A stretch of DNA of 64,000 nucleotides from a virus (taxonomy: Duplodnaviria > Caudoviricetes): positions 36,982 to 100,981 of IMG/VR virus record IMGVR_UViG_3300010270_000394. One strand, written 5' to 3'. Shown here in pieces: positions 40,469 to 51,241 of the stretch (position 1 is the first letter of the stretch; each line of letters opens with the position of its first letter). The translations under genes were made by a program, and so were the position numbers. A model generated the notes under the pieces. It worked only from the letters and a program-made list of their open reading frames with translations. It had not been told where the DNA came from and did no database searches.

Positions 40469-40562
40469 GTGGAACAAAACCGGACGGAGAGTTTATGAAA
40501 ATGAGTGTCTACACTCGCTTTCTTTTTTGAACCGCCAAATATAACAGGAAAGGTGTGGCAGT

Positions 40563-41606
40563 ATGGCTACAAAAAGAGGCAGACCTAAAACTGCCGCAAC
40601 AAAAAACTGCTCCGCTTGCGGAACTGCAAAGGCTGAAAAAGACTTTTATTTCAGCTATAACGCTTTGCATGGCGATGGGAAGATGCCAATTTGCAAGGAG
40701 TGTTTTAAGGCGGCTTGCAGGGATGAAAATGGGATTTTTGACTTTGACAAGTTTCTTTCACTCCTGCGGCAGTTTGACAGACCGTTTATACAGATTTTGT
40801 GGGACAACACGGAAAATGAGGTGCGGAAGAACGCCGCAAACATCGGCGAGGACATCATGGATGCTGTTGTTGGCAAATATATGAAAAATCTTTCTCTTCC
40901 GCAAAATCGCGGCAAAAAGTGGGATGACAGTGACGTGTCCGGTGCAAAAAGCGGGAAAATTGAGTCGTCTCGCAGAAAATCCAATTATGCGGAGAAGGTT
41001 TATTACCTGACAGATGATTCCTTTGAGGTGACGGACGATATGATCCGGCTGTTTGGCGAGGGTTATACGGCGAAAGAATATGAGATCATGAACCGTATCT
41101 ATGAAAACAGCAGACAGGATTATCCGGACTTGTCGAGTAATCAGCGGACGCTTCTTCTTCGTTATGTTCGATTTGCCGCGAAAGAGGAAATTGCAACGAG
41201 CAGCGGACAGATCGCAGACGCGGAAAAGTGGTCGAAAATGTCCACGGAAGCGCTTAAACAGCTCAATGCCATTGACACACACAACGGAATGAGCAGTTTT
41301 TCGGAGTTCTTTCAGCAATTTGAACGGGCAAAAGATATTTCAAGGATTTTGCCGAAGTTCAAGTATCGTCCGAATGACGCGCCGGATTTTATTATTTGGT
41401 GCTATATCAATTATTGCCGTCGTTTGGAAGGCAAGCCGGAGGTCGAGTACGCGGATATATACCGGTTTTATGATACGCGCGTTGAGGAATATGTCAAACA
41501 GTATGGTGATCCGTATGGTATTTTTACAGACGATCCGAGAAAACAAAATCGAGAAAAGATCAAGGAGTTCATTACCCTTCCTGATGATTATAAGCAGGAG
41601 GTGTAA
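40563..41606 (+). CDS. Probable terminase small subunit (YonG-like)
   Basis: CSAC...ICKEC Zn finger; directly upstream of the terminase large subunit. Confidence 0.6.
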   Translation: MATKRGRPKTAATKNCSACGTAKAEKDFYFSYNALHGDGKMPICKECFKAACRDENGIFDFDKFLSLLRQFDRPFIQILWDNTENEVRKNAANIGEDIMDAVVGKYMKNLSLPQNRGKKWDDSDVSGAKSGKIESSRRKSNYAEKVYYLTDDSFEVTDDMIRLFGEGYTAKEYEIMNRIYENSRQDYPDLSSNQRTLLLRYVRFAAKEEIATSSGQIADAEKWSKMSTEALKQLNAIDTHNGMSSFSEFFQQFERAKDISRILPKFKYRPNDAPDFIIWCYINYCRRLEGKPEVEYADIYRFYDTRVEEYVKQYGDPYGIFTDDPRKQNREKIKEFITLPDDYKQEV

Positions 41607-41609
41607 CGG

Positions 41610-43259
41610 ATGAAACTGAACGAAAATGAGCTTGATAAATATGAGGAATTTGCAAGCTGGGTAGTATGGTATCCGGACTTGTTTTTGGATATGTTAGCGC
41701 CGGAAACGGGCGGTATCAAGCTCCATTTGGATCAGCGCGTATTCCTGCGAGGGGATACGCGCTTTTTCAGCGAACATGGCTGTCTGCCGCGCGGATATGG
41801 AAAGACGTTTCTTGAATTCGCGGCGATGGTCGTTATCTGTATCCGTTATCCGAACATGGAACTTGCGCTGACGGCACAGACCAAAGAAAACGCGGCGGCT
41901 CTTTTGAAAGACAAGTACAACGAAATCATCCGGTATTATCCAATGCTGGAAAATGAAATTGTGAAAACGAGTTTTATCAAAGGCGATGCGACGATTTTGT
42001 TTAAGAACGGCGCAAAGATCGACGCGCTTGCCAACGCACAGAGTTCCAAAGGTCAGCGCCGCAGACGGCTTAGTATCGAGGAATCGAACCTGATGGATAA
42101 CGTCACGTTTGAGGACGCGCTTGAACCGGTTGTTGAGGTTGGTCGTACCACTTGCGGCAAGTTGGCTATCATCAATCCGGAAGAACTCAATCAGCAGATC
42201 AATTATTACACAACGCCCGGATTTCGCGGTTCGGACGAATATAATCGCAATCTGACCATGTATCGGGATATGGTGGAGCTGCGCGGAAAGATAGTCGTCG
42301 GATCGAACTGGATGCTTGGCTGTTGGTTTGGTCGCGGTTCGAGTAAAAGCACGATCCTCAAGAAAAAGGAGGATATGTCCCCTATCGCATTCGACATGAA
42401 CTATGGCGGGAATTGGGTAGGAAGCAGCACGGGGGCATTGGTCAATATCAATCAATTGATGAACTGCCGGACTCTTTCTGAGCCGGTTTTATTTTGCGCG
42501 AATGACGAGGATGAATACTACCTTGGCGTTGACGTGGCAAGATCGCAGAAATCGACAAACAACCAATCATCTGTCGCGGTTGGCAAAGTAATTCGCGGTT
42601 CTGACGGAAAGATCAGAGAGGTTCAGTTGGTGAACCTGATCCATATTTCAAACTTGCTGAGTTTTACCACGCAAGCCTGTATTGTAAAGCGAATCCGCAA
42701 GCGTTATCGTGCAAAAGCGGTTGTTGTGGATGGCAATGGATTGGGCGTTGGACTGACGGACGAACTGATAAAAGAGACGTTTGATCCGCTGACCGGCGAG
42801 ACGTATCCCGCATGGAAGGCGATGAACACGGACGCGCAGCCGGAAGCGGAAAAATACGACGAGTGTATGTTTGATCTCAAGGCGCAGTCCTATCAGACAC
42901 AAATCATTTCAAATTTCATGGATGTGATCTCGTCTGGAAAGTTGCGGTTTTTGGAAAGCAGGAACGGCGGCGACTACGCGATCAAGGATGATTTTGATTT
43001 GGAATCCAAGGTCATGCCATATGTGCAGGAGGAATTGTTTTTCCAAGAGGTAGGAAACTTGAAATTACTGCAAAATGGCAAGAATCTTTCTGTTGAAAAG
43101 GTAGTTTCGAGGTTTGATAAGGATAGGTTTTCCGCGACGGCGTATCTTCTGTTTTATATCCTCAAGATTGAGGAAAAGAACGGAGGAAAGTCCGGTGTGG
43201 ATATGAAAAAATTCGGTGAACGTCTCAAGGCGCTGAACCGGAAACCAAAAATGTATTAA
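41610..43259 (+). CDS. Terminase large subunit
   Basis: PRGYGKT Walker A, LSIEE Walker B, LGVDVA/DGNGLG/DRFSA nuclease motifs. Confidence 0.9.
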   Translation: MKLNENELDKYEEFASWVVWYPDLFLDMLAPETGGIKLHLDQRVFLRGDTRFFSEHGCLPRGYGKTFLEFAAMVVICIRYPNMELALTAQTKENAAALLKDKYNEIIRYYPMLENEIVKTSFIKGDATILFKNGAKIDALANAQSSKGQRRRRLSIEESNLMDNVTFEDALEPVVEVGRTTCGKLAIINPEELNQQINYYTTPGFRGSDEYNRNLTMYRDMVELRGKIVVGSNWMLGCWFGRGSSKSTILKKKEDMSPIAFDMNYGGNWVGSSTGALVNINQLMNCRTLSEPVLFCANDEDEYYLGVDVARSQKSTNNQSSVAVGKVIRGSDGKIREVQLVNLIHISNLLSFTTQACIVKRIRKRYRAKAVVVDGNGLGVGLTDELIKETFDPLTGETYPAWKAMNTDAQPEAEKYDECMFDLKAQSYQTQIISNFMDVISSGKLRFLESRNGGDYAIKDDFDLESKVMPYVQEELFFQEVGNLKLLQNGKNLSVEKVVSRFDKDRFSATAYLLFYILKIEEKNGGKSGVDMKKFGERLKALNRKPKMY

Positions 43260-43277
43260 GAAAGGGCGGTGATACCG

Positions 43278-44819
43278 TTGGCTCAATCAAGAGAAAAAGT
43301 AGTTTACAGCGTTAGTGATTACAAAAGAGATCAGGAAAATTTCAGTCTTGCGGAGAAAGGTAAACGCCCTTTTGATCTGTCTGGATTCAAGCGGCTGATG
43401 GTTCACGATCTTGTGACGAACACGGACATTTTGCGAACCTATAAGATTGGGAATTATCCGGTGGAAAAGATTCGTGAGGCATTGGAGCGTCCTATGAATC
43501 ATCCCAATATGCTGATCGACGTGAGCAATTATCTGATGGGCGTATCGACGTTCTATATGCGTCTTTGTCAGTATTTTGGGAAAATGGGACTATTCAATTA
43601 CAATATCGACATCTACGACGTGCGAGAAGATAAGCTCGAAAGCGAGGAACAGATTACGGCGCTGAGAAATGCGCTTGCTGGTGTTTGCGGAGAGTTTGAA
43701 AAGATGGGATTCCGGCACGAAATGATGAAAATTATGAGCATTCTTCCAGTCGAGGATGTGTTTTATGGTCTTATTTTTGAGGATACAACCGATTTCTTTA
43801 TTTTGAAAATCCGTCCGTCGATCTGTCAGATTTGTCAGATGCAGGACGGTGTTTTCAATTTCAGGATCAATTTGAGTGGCATCAATCCGTTGAAAATCAG
43901 CGGCTATCCGGATTATCTGCAAAGGGCGTATCTGGATTATAAGGACGGCAAGGATTATCGGGACGGGTGGTATATCCCCCCTGCCGATAAGCAAGTTTGC
44001 CTGAAGCTAAATGAATCAACGTTGTATCCTGTTCCGATGATGCTGGCTGTTGCCGGTGACATTATGGATTTGGATATTTACAAACAGCTCAAATTGCAAA
44101 AAGCGCGTGTTGACAACTATAAGGCAATCGTGATTGAGATTCCGATTGATAAGGACGCGGTTGACAAGCCGCTTTTGACAGATGAAACGCTGTCGTTCTT
44201 TGCGGAGCTGAACAAGGCGAATATGCCGGATGATCTCGGTTTGATCCACGCCCCCGGCAGCGCTGAAGCGGTCAGCTTCAAGGACAATGCCAATACGACA
44301 AACAATTTGAGCGATGCGATCAAAAATCTTTACGACAATGCCGGTGTTCCCTCTCAGGTGTTCAACAGCACGGCTTCAAGTACGGCGCTGAAACTGGCAA
44401 TTGAGAATGACGCGGCAATTATCTATGCGTTTTATCGTCAGGTGGAGCGGTATTTCACGCGATTTATCAAACTGCGGAAGTATAACAAACCGAATTATAA
44501 GTTTGCGATCCGCATTCATGATTCGACCGTGTTTAACCGCTATGACGTTGCTGACGCGATGCTCAAAGCCTCGCAAAACGGTTTGCCGTTCAAGATCGAC
44601 TATGGCGTTGCGCTTGGCAAATCCCCTTCGCGTCAGCTTGGAGCGCTGTTTGTTGAAAACAATGTGCTGAAGCTGCATGAAAAATATATCCCGCTGGCAA
44701 CTTCTTATACGTCGAACGGCAACGATATAGGCGGTCGTCCGACCAATGAGAGCCAAGGCAAGGATTTGAGCGATGCGGGAGAAAAGACCTCGGACAGCGA
44801 GGCGAATTCCAATCGGTAG
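43278..44819 (+). CDS. Portal protein
   Basis: Size and position after the terminase; C-terminal GGRPT motif. Confidence 0.75.
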   Translation: MAQSREKVVYSVSDYKRDQENFSLAEKGKRPFDLSGFKRLMVHDLVTNTDILRTYKIGNYPVEKIREALERPMNHPNMLIDVSNYLMGVSTFYMRLCQYFGKMGLFNYNIDIYDVREDKLESEEQITALRNALAGVCGEFEKMGFRHEMMKIMSILPVEDVFYGLIFEDTTDFFILKIRPSICQICQMQDGVFNFRINLSGINPLKISGYPDYLQRAYLDYKDGKDYRDGWYIPPADKQVCLKLNESTLYPVPMMLAVAGDIMDLDIYKQLKLQKARVDNYKAIVIEIPIDKDAVDKPLLTDETLSFFAELNKANMPDDLGLIHAPGSAEAVSFKDNANTTNNLSDAIKNLYDNAGVPSQVFNSTASSTALKLAIENDAAIIYAFYRQVERYFTRFIKLRKYNKPNYKFAIRIHDSTVFNRYDVADAMLKASQNGLPFKIDYGVALGKSPSRQLGALFVENNVLKLHEKYIPLATSYTSNGNDIGGRPTNESQGKDLSDAGEKTSDSEANSNR

Positions 44820-44862
44820 ATACGGATAAAACCGTTTCTATAAATTTTAGAACAGAAAGGCG

Positions 44863-46332
44863 GTGATGAAGAAAGTGAATCAGAAACGAAATAGGTTGCC
44901 GGTTGAGTTTACGATCAACAAAGTCGTTGATGCGGACGACACTCGTTTTCTTGCCATAACGATTGACGTTTTGCATACGGGTGAAAACTTTAACGGCAGT
45001 ATTTTCTCCAAGGAAGTTGTGGATGCGTGTGCCGACACCATCTTTAACACGCCGGTTTTGGCGTACATCGAAACGAGTCCAGACGGGACGATGGATTTCA
45101 AGGGGCATGAATACAAAGTGATCGAGGACGAGAACGGCAAGCGTTACGTTTATATTGGTTCTGCTTACGGCGTGATTCCGGAATCGTGTAACTATCGTTG
45201 GATCGAAAAGGTCTGTTCTGACGGCGTTTTGCGCGAATTCTTCCAAGTGGACGCTCTGCTTTGGACGCGATTCGAGGATGCGATTGAGATTTTCAACCGC
45301 GACGGCAAAAAGCCGCACAGCATGGAATTGGAGCTTTCATCCATCACCGGCGAGGAAAATGAAGAGGACGGCACGTTCACGTTTACCGGTTTTCGGTTTA
45401 ATGGGTGCTGCCTGTTATCTTCGACGGACGAAAATATTCAACCGGCGATGATTGACAGCGAGGCGGTGCTTGCCAACTTTACGGCTGACAGCATTGCAGC
45501 GGAGATCAAAAACAAGCTCGTTGAGTATACGGCGATTTCTGTTTCAAAACAAACAATCAATAACAAGGAGGATGGTTCGATGCCTGATACAAAGAATGCG
45601 AACTTCACTCTGAATCTTATGGCAAAGATTGACGAGATCGAGGCGGTTCTTGCCGAGAAAAAGTATCGTGACAGCTATGGCTGGGAATGCAATCAGTATT
45701 ACTTTGTCGAGGTTCAGGATGATGAAGTGATCGTGATGGATCGCGCGGATCATTGGCGCTTGAAGGGCTTTAAGATCACTGAGGACGGCGACAAGATCAC
45801 GATTGATTTCAAGTCTGAGGTTCGGAAAAAGGCAACCTACGTCAACTTTGAGGACGGCGCGGAAGATACTTCCAATTCTACGTTTGAAAAGGCGATGGGT
45901 GATATTGCCGAGTTCATGAACAATCAGATCACCGAGGCAAACGAGGCGAAAACTGAGGTTGAGACGAATTTCACCGCGCTCAAGACTGAGTACGACGAAA
46001 TGAAGCCCAAATTCGACGCTTATGTTGCCGACGCGGAAAAGCGCGAAAAGGAAAGTATTGAGGCGGCGAAGGACGCTGAGTTCCAGAAGTTCGACGAACA
46101 TCTTGGCGACGAGGCTGAGTATACCGCGCTCAAGGAGAACCGTGATCAGTATACGCTTGAGGACATTCAGGGCAAGTGTGCCGTGTTGTTCACCAAGAAG
46201 AATCTGAACCGCGATTTTAGCCGCAAGGACGGCAAGAAGGACAAAGAGCCGATGGCTGCGAATGTGTTTACGGAGCAGTCTGCTACGGAGTCCAGTTCTC
46301 GTTATGGCACTTTGCCGACGAAGAACAATTAA
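44863..46332 (+). CDS. Prohead protease/scaffold (YonD-like)
   Basis: HTGENFNGS and HSME motifs; coiled-coil C-terminus; synteny. Confidence 0.7.
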   Translation: MMKKVNQKRNRLPVEFTINKVVDADDTRFLAITIDVLHTGENFNGSIFSKEVVDACADTIFNTPVLAYIETSPDGTMDFKGHEYKVIEDENGKRYVYIGSAYGVIPESCNYRWIEKVCSDGVLREFFQVDALLWTRFEDAIEIFNRDGKKPHSMELELSSITGEENEEDGTFTFTGFRFNGCCLLSSTDENIQPAMIDSEAVLANFTADSIAAEIKNKLVEYTAISVSKQTINNKEDGSMPDTKNANFTLNLMAKIDEIEAVLAEKKYRDSYGWECNQYYFVEVQDDEVIVMDRADHWRLKGFKITEDGDKITIDFKSEVRKKATYVNFEDGAEDTSNSTFEKAMGDIAEFMNNQITEANEAKTEVETNFTALKTEYDEMKPKFDAYVADAEKREKESIEAAKDAEFQKFDEHLGDEAEYTALKENRDQYTLEDIQGKCAVLFTKKNLNRDFSRKDGKKDKEPMAANVFTEQSATESSSRYGTLPTKNN

Positions 46333-46360
46333 GAACAAATAGAAAGTGAGGTTTGTCACA

Positions 46361-46936
46361 ATGGATAAGAATTACACTGTCGTTGAGACTTCTAAGCTCG
46401 CCGCCGTGCAGGGTGGCGGTCACAATTACAGCCTGATTTCCGAGGACGATATTCAGAACGGTGCTATCGGTTATGTGGGTGATCTCGCGGAGGATGTGGA
46501 CGGTCTTGAGACGCATGAGTTCCTTGCTCCGACCGCAGACCTGATCAATAAGGATAAGGTCATTCTTGTTGCGAATCCTGAGTGGGATTATGACGAGTCC
46601 AAGCGTGAGAATCAGGCGCTTTACAACTACATCAACGAGGCTGGCAAGATTTTCCGTGGTTACGATCTTGCGGCGCATGATGTGTTTGCGATTTCCGCTC
46701 CGGGTTTCAACCTTGGCGCGGCGACTGAACCCGCTATTGGCAAGTATGTGATTGCCGAGGCTGGCAAGACCACGCTCAAGATGGTCGAGAAGGCTGGTAT
46801 TGCCAATCAGGGTTTCTATGGCAAGATCATTGGCAGCGCGAAGCGCGGTCTTGGTTGGACGACCAAGGGCGGCAAGGTGTACGGTCGTCCGTACATCATC
46901 TATTTCGTGGAAGTTCTGCGGAATGATATTGTCTAA
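46361..46936 (+). CDS. Head decoration/structural protein
   Basis: Between scaffold and capsid genes; strongly biased codons. Confidence 0.6.
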   Translation: MDKNYTVVETSKLAAVQGGGHNYSLISEDDIQNGAIGYVGDLAEDVDGLETHEFLAPTADLINKDKVILVANPEWDYDESKRENQALYNYINEAGKIFRGYDLAAHDVFAISAPGFNLGAATEPAIGKYVIAEAGKTTLKMVEKAGIANQGFYGKIIGSAKRGLGWTTKGGKVYGRPYIIYFVEVLRNDIV

Positions 46937-46972
46937 TCAAAAGACAAATACGAAGAAAGTGAGGTAGACACT

Positions 46973-48043
46973 ATGGCTTGCAATATGGATAGACTTGTTA
47001 ATTTTACCGAGTCTCAGAAGCAGTTGATCGCCCTTGGTGTTGACAATTACACCGGCGACATCGGCAACTTCACCGCTGATAACGTTGATACGTCCGCGAA
47101 GTCGATGGACGAGACGATTCGTGAGCGTTTCACCAACGAGATCATGCACGGTGAGAAGTTCAATTATCGTACTTTCCGCAAGTACAAGAACGACATCTAT
47201 GCGATTATCGAGGAAACTCTTGATCAGACTCTTCCGGAGGGTTGGAGCGATAACGAGTTCATGAACCGTTTCGTTGAGATTCGCCGTGTGGACTTGGGCG
47301 ACGAGCCGGAGTTCTATGCCGAGGACAACAGCCTTTTGGTTGTTTCCAACTTCAGCGGCAATCATTGGGATACCATTCGTGAGCGTATGGACTTGGGTGC
47401 TTCGTTCAAGGTTGCTACGTCTTGGTGGGTTGTTCATTTCTACAACGAGTTCGAGCGCTTTATGAAGAACATCGACTCGTTCAGCCGTATGCTGGATAAG
47501 GTTCGCAAGAGCTTCCTTCAGCAGTTCCAAGACGCGATCTATGTTGCGTTCTCCAATCTCGGTGACAGCGTTCCCGCTGGCTTTACCGGTCACGGCGCTC
47601 TGTCCACCGATACCGAGCGTGACGAGCTGCTTGCTCTGATCGACAAGGTTGAAACCGGCAACCACACCAAGCCCATTATTGTCGGCACTGCTGCGGCGCT
47701 GCGTAAGCTCCAGAAGAACATCGACGAGGAATGGGTTGCTGACAGCGCCAAGGAAGAGCGCAAGCGTCAGGGCATCATCGCCTCTTGGGAGGGTTATGAT
47801 CTGATGCCGCTCAAGCAGGTGTTCAAGGCTGGTACGTTTACCTTTGCCCTGTCCAACACCCGTTTGCTCATTGTTGCGAACAACGATCAGCCGATCAAGT
47901 TCGTGTACGAGGGCGATTCCCGTGTTAAGGAAGTTACCAACAACCGCGAGAATCAGGATCAGACGCTTGAGTATCAGCTTCAGGTCAAGGCTGGTATTGC
48001 CACGGTCGCAAGCTCTATCATGGGCGAGTGGCAGTTGGCGTAA
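46973..48043 (+). CDS. Major capsid protein
   Basis: 356 aa, biased codons, followed by a terminator; synteny. Confidence 0.8.
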   Translation: MACNMDRLVNFTESQKQLIALGVDNYTGDIGNFTADNVDTSAKSMDETIRERFTNEIMHGEKFNYRTFRKYKNDIYAIIEETLDQTLPEGWSDNEFMNRFVEIRRVDLGDEPEFYAEDNSLLVVSNFSGNHWDTIRERMDLGASFKVATSWWVVHFYNEFERFMKNIDSFSRMLDKVRKSFLQQFQDAIYVAFSNLGDSVPAGFTGHGALSTDTERDELLALIDKVETGNHTKPIIVGTAAALRKLQKNIDEEWVADSAKEERKRQGIIASWEGYDLMPLKQVFKAGTFTFALSNTRLLIVANNDQPIKFVYEGDSRVKEVTNNRENQDQTLEYQLQVKAGIATVASSIMGEWQLA

Positions 48044-48058
48044 GTCAATATGGCTTTT

Positions 48059-48089
48059 GGACTCCGGCGTTTGTGCGTCGGAGTCCTTT
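48059..48089 (+). terminator. Intrinsic terminator after the capsid gene
   Basis: GGACTCCGGCG-tttgtg-CGTCGGAGTCC-TTT. Confidence 0.7.
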
Positions 48090-48125
48090 CAATAAAATCA
48101 AAATTTAATTTGGGAGGCGTTTATT

Positions 48126-48707
48126 TTGGGTAGACCAGCTAATAAGAAAGATATTCCGGAGAATGAAAGCAAGGTGAATCCTGCTGCTCCGGAAGATACC
48201 ACGCAGATGAATACCAATCCCGCGCCCGCTGCGCCGGAGGAAAACAAGATTACTAATCCCGTCAAACTTGGCGACGATACGGCTATTACTGTAAAAGCGC
48301 TTGTTCCGAAGGTGTATTACACTTGTCCCGTTACGCATGATGTGTTTGCGTGGGAAGAGGTTGGCGATACGCAGGATATGACGTTCAAGCAGCTCAAGAC
48401 GATGAAGGCAAAGTATTCGCGTTATCTGACGGACAAGTGGATTCTGCCGCAGAATGACGAGACGATCAAGAAACTGGGGCTTGATAAGGTCTATGGAGAA
48501 AAGCTGACCATTCAGGATCGTATTCTTCTGCGCGGCAATGACGTAGACGCGGTTGCGGAGCTGATTTCCAAGTTGAATAACGATGGCAGAACTGAGTTGG
48601 CTCGTTATGCTGAAAAGTCCGCGAAGGAAGGCAAGCTCGTCAATATTAAGATCATTCGTTTGCTGGAAGAGCAGTTGGACATTGAGCTGATGCAGTTGGT
48701 TATGTAA
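48126..48707 (+). CDS. Hypothetical virion-module protein
   Basis: GGAGG RBS, TTG start; synteny. Confidence 0.65.
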   Translation: MGRPANKKDIPENESKVNPAAPEDTTQMNTNPAPAAPEENKITNPVKLGDDTAITVKALVPKVYYTCPVTHDVFAWEEVGDTQDMTFKQLKTMKAKYSRYLTDKWILPQNDETIKKLGLDKVYGEKLTIQDRILLRGNDVDAVAELISKLNNDGRTELARYAEKSAKEGKLVNIKIIRLLEEQLDIELMQLVM

Positions 48708-48724
48708 AAGGAGCGTGATGCCGC

Positions 48725-49138
48725 ATGGGTACACCTTTTACGGCTCTTTACGACGGCGTTTTACGAAATTTGAAGGACTATGATTTTTTCAGCATGAGTC
48801 AGGAGGAAATCTATGCGGTTTTGTCTGACTATGTACGTCCTGCGATTGCGGCTTTTCGGGGCTGCAAACAAGATTTGACACAGAGGACAGATTCAGAGTT
48901 TACAATCGACTTGACGGATACGGAGATCGAAATTTTGATCAATTACATGACAATTGAATGGATTGACAGTAACTATATCCGTGTGCCGCTTGCACTCAAG
49001 CAAACGCTGTCAGCTAAAGATTTCAATGCGTTTTCGCAAGCCAATCATTTGAACGCGATGAAAGACTTGCGTGAGACATACCGGAAGGATAACGAGACGA
49101 AATTGGTTCGGTATCGTTATATTCCGAAAAATTCATGA
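48725..49138 (+). CDS. Probable head-tail adaptor
   Basis: Size and synteny; DFNAFSQANHL motif. Confidence 0.55.
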   Translation: MGTPFTALYDGVLRNLKDYDFFSMSQEEIYAVLSDYVRPAIAAFRGCKQDLTQRTDSEFTIDLTDTEIEILINYMTIEWIDSNYIRVPLALKQTLSAKDFNAFSQANHLNAMKDLRETYRKDNETKLVRYRYIPKNS

Positions 49139-49152
49139 GGGAGGTGAAATTT

Positions 49153-49908
49153 GTGGGTGGTTATGAAAATTTCATGCGCCGCATGAACGCCGGAGGTACA
49201 ACCTATCGTGACGAACAGATTGAAAACGCGCGGATGCTGGTTGAACAGACCTTCGAGGATGATCCTTCCTATCTTGTGGATGGCGCAAGGATTTGGAATT
49301 CGGATCGAATCATCCATCCGCGAATTTATGAGGATAAACACCGCGCATCCTCCCCCGCACAGGCAAAAATCATGACACGGCTGAACGAACCTGTTTATAT
49401 GGGCGATGTGATTCCGTGGACGGAGCATGGTTATTGGTTGTGCATTCATTCTTCCAATCTGCACGGTATTCAATGGGAAGGGACACTATCATTCTGCAAT
49501 CATGTGGTACGTTTCCGCTCTCCCAAGACAGGCGAGGTCGTTGAATATCCGATCAGTGTGTCCAATGCGACGCAGTCCGGAAGCGGTGAAACCGAAAAGC
49601 AGAGAATTATCATCGGTTCTTCGCAGTTGTTGGTTGACATCAGCTACGATGAACATACGGTGTTGCTTGACAGCGGTTTTCGTTTCCTGTTGGACAGGAA
49701 TAAGGTTCTTCCGACTGCGTATAAGGTCACACAGGCAGATACGATTTCTTATTCCGATTCCGGAGAACGCGGGTATATCCGGCTGACAGTCACAGAGGAT
49801 CAGTTCAATCCAAAGACTGACAGCAAGGAAGAAATGATTGCAGATTATACCGATGATCCCGTTGGTACGGGGACGGAAATTGCGGAAAAACCTGATCTTT
49901 GGTTGTGA
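49153..49908 (+). CDS. Probable head-closure/neck protein
   Basis: Synteny; GGAGGTG RBS. Confidence 0.55.
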   Translation: MGGYENFMRRMNAGGTTYRDEQIENARMLVEQTFEDDPSYLVDGARIWNSDRIIHPRIYEDKHRASSPAQAKIMTRLNEPVYMGDVIPWTEHGYWLCIHSSNLHGIQWEGTLSFCNHVVRFRSPKTGEVVEYPISVSNATQSGSGETEKQRIIIGSSQLLVDISYDEHTVLLDSGFRFLLDRNKVLPTAYKVTQADTISYSDSGERGYIRLTVTEDQFNPKTDSKEEMIADYTDDPVGTGTEIAEKPDLWL

Positions 49909-49919
49909 GGTGAACGAGT

Positions 49920-50408
49920 ATGCTGTTACATGAATTGACAGAGTATCGCGCGACGGTCATGCGACTGCTTTGCAGCGATCAGGCGATTGTGGATTTGATT
50001 CGAGATCAGGATGGCGCAAAATGTCCGGATAAAACATTGATGTATGAGAATATTTTTCCTTATGCCTATACACCGGACGTTACAAAAGAAACAGATACTT
50101 ACATCTGTTTTAGAATCTCCGTGCCGGAGGTCATGAACAAGACGTTTAAGCGGATGCACATTACATTTTATGTATTCAGTCATCAAAGTCATATCCGCAC
50201 CAGCGACGGGCTTCGCCCCGATTTGATTGCGGAGCGTCTTGAAAACCTTTTTAACGGTGCGTTGGATTTGGGCGTTGGGCGCATGAGGCTGGAAGGTACG
50301 GAGGACATCAATCCGGCATCGCAGTTCCACGGTATTGCCTTGGAATATTCCGTTTCCGAATTCAACCGTCCTACTATCAAGGGCGATCCGAGAGCGGGTG
50401 CAAAATAA
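49920..50408 (+). CDS. Probable tail-completion protein
   Basis: Synteny; RPDLIA motif. Confidence 0.5.
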   Translation: MLLHELTEYRATVMRLLCSDQAIVDLIRDQDGAKCPDKTLMYENIFPYAYTPDVTKETDTYICFRISVPEVMNKTFKRMHITFYVFSHQSHIRTSDGLRPDLIAERLENLFNGALDLGVGRMRLEGTEDINPASQFHGIALEYSVSEFNRPTIKGDPRAGAK

Positions 50409-51136
50409 TGGTGCAAAAGCCAAGTATGCTCTGCCATACGGATTATCCGATCAATGACAGGATTTCCGTGCATATTCCGAGTGTTCAGGAAATCTATGAC
50501 TTTGGGGAGCAGAAGTATTACAGCATTGTCCAATCGCTGACCGCGACACCATACGATTTGATGGTAGAATTGGACGATATAGGGATAGATTTTGAAACGA
50601 TCAATGAGTATCAGTTGTTTATTCTGATGTTTGGTTCGATTGCCGCGCGAGAAAAAGACACGTCGATTTTGTTTGGAAATTTGGATTTGACAAGTTTTTG
50701 TGAAATGGAAAACATACAAACGGGAGAACGGGTTTTACGCGACGAGGAAAACAACATCACGATTGACCGCTTGCTTGCGATGGAAATTTGCCAAGCGATT
50801 CGCAAGATGCACTTTTGGACTGCTCCGGAAGCGCACATGGGGAATTTGGAGGCAAAGAAATACATCATTGAGCGGACGCGAATCAAGAAAAAGCGCAGGG
50901 CAAAAATGCCGTATCAATCGCTTTTGGATAATATGATCATCAAATTGGTCAATACAAGCGAATTTCCCTATAATTATGAATCTGTTTTGCAGTTGAGTAT
51001 CTATAAGCTCAACGCGAGTTGGCATCAGATTCCAAAGATGAAGCAATGGGAGCAGACCATGAACGGAGTATATTTCGGGACGGTTGATTCTTCCAAGCTC
51101 GATCTGCAAAAACTCAGTTGGATGTCGCCGGATTAA
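50408..51136 (+). CDS. Hypothetical tail-module protein
   Basis: Coupled ORF. Confidence 0.6.
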   Translation: MVQKPSMLCHTDYPINDRISVHIPSVQEIYDFGEQKYYSIVQSLTATPYDLMVELDDIGIDFETINEYQLFILMFGSIAAREKDTSILFGNLDLTSFCEMENIQTGERVLRDEENNITIDRLLAMEICQAIRKMHFWTAPEAHMGNLEAKKYIIERTRIKKKRRAKMPYQSLLDNMIIKLVNTSEFPYNYESVLQLSIYKLNASWHQIPKMKQWEQTMNGVYFGTVDSSKLDLQKLSWMSPD

Positions 51137-51241
51137 ATTGCGGAAACGCGATTGATTTGCGGCGATTTCTTTTCGGGTATGTCCCGATTCTTTTATAAAA
51201 AGCGTGACAACGCTGAAAAAACAAAAAAGGAGGACTGTGAT

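Noticed and set aside
39958-40530. ORFs over the plus-strand tRNA cluster
   Set aside because: They are translations of tRNA genes.
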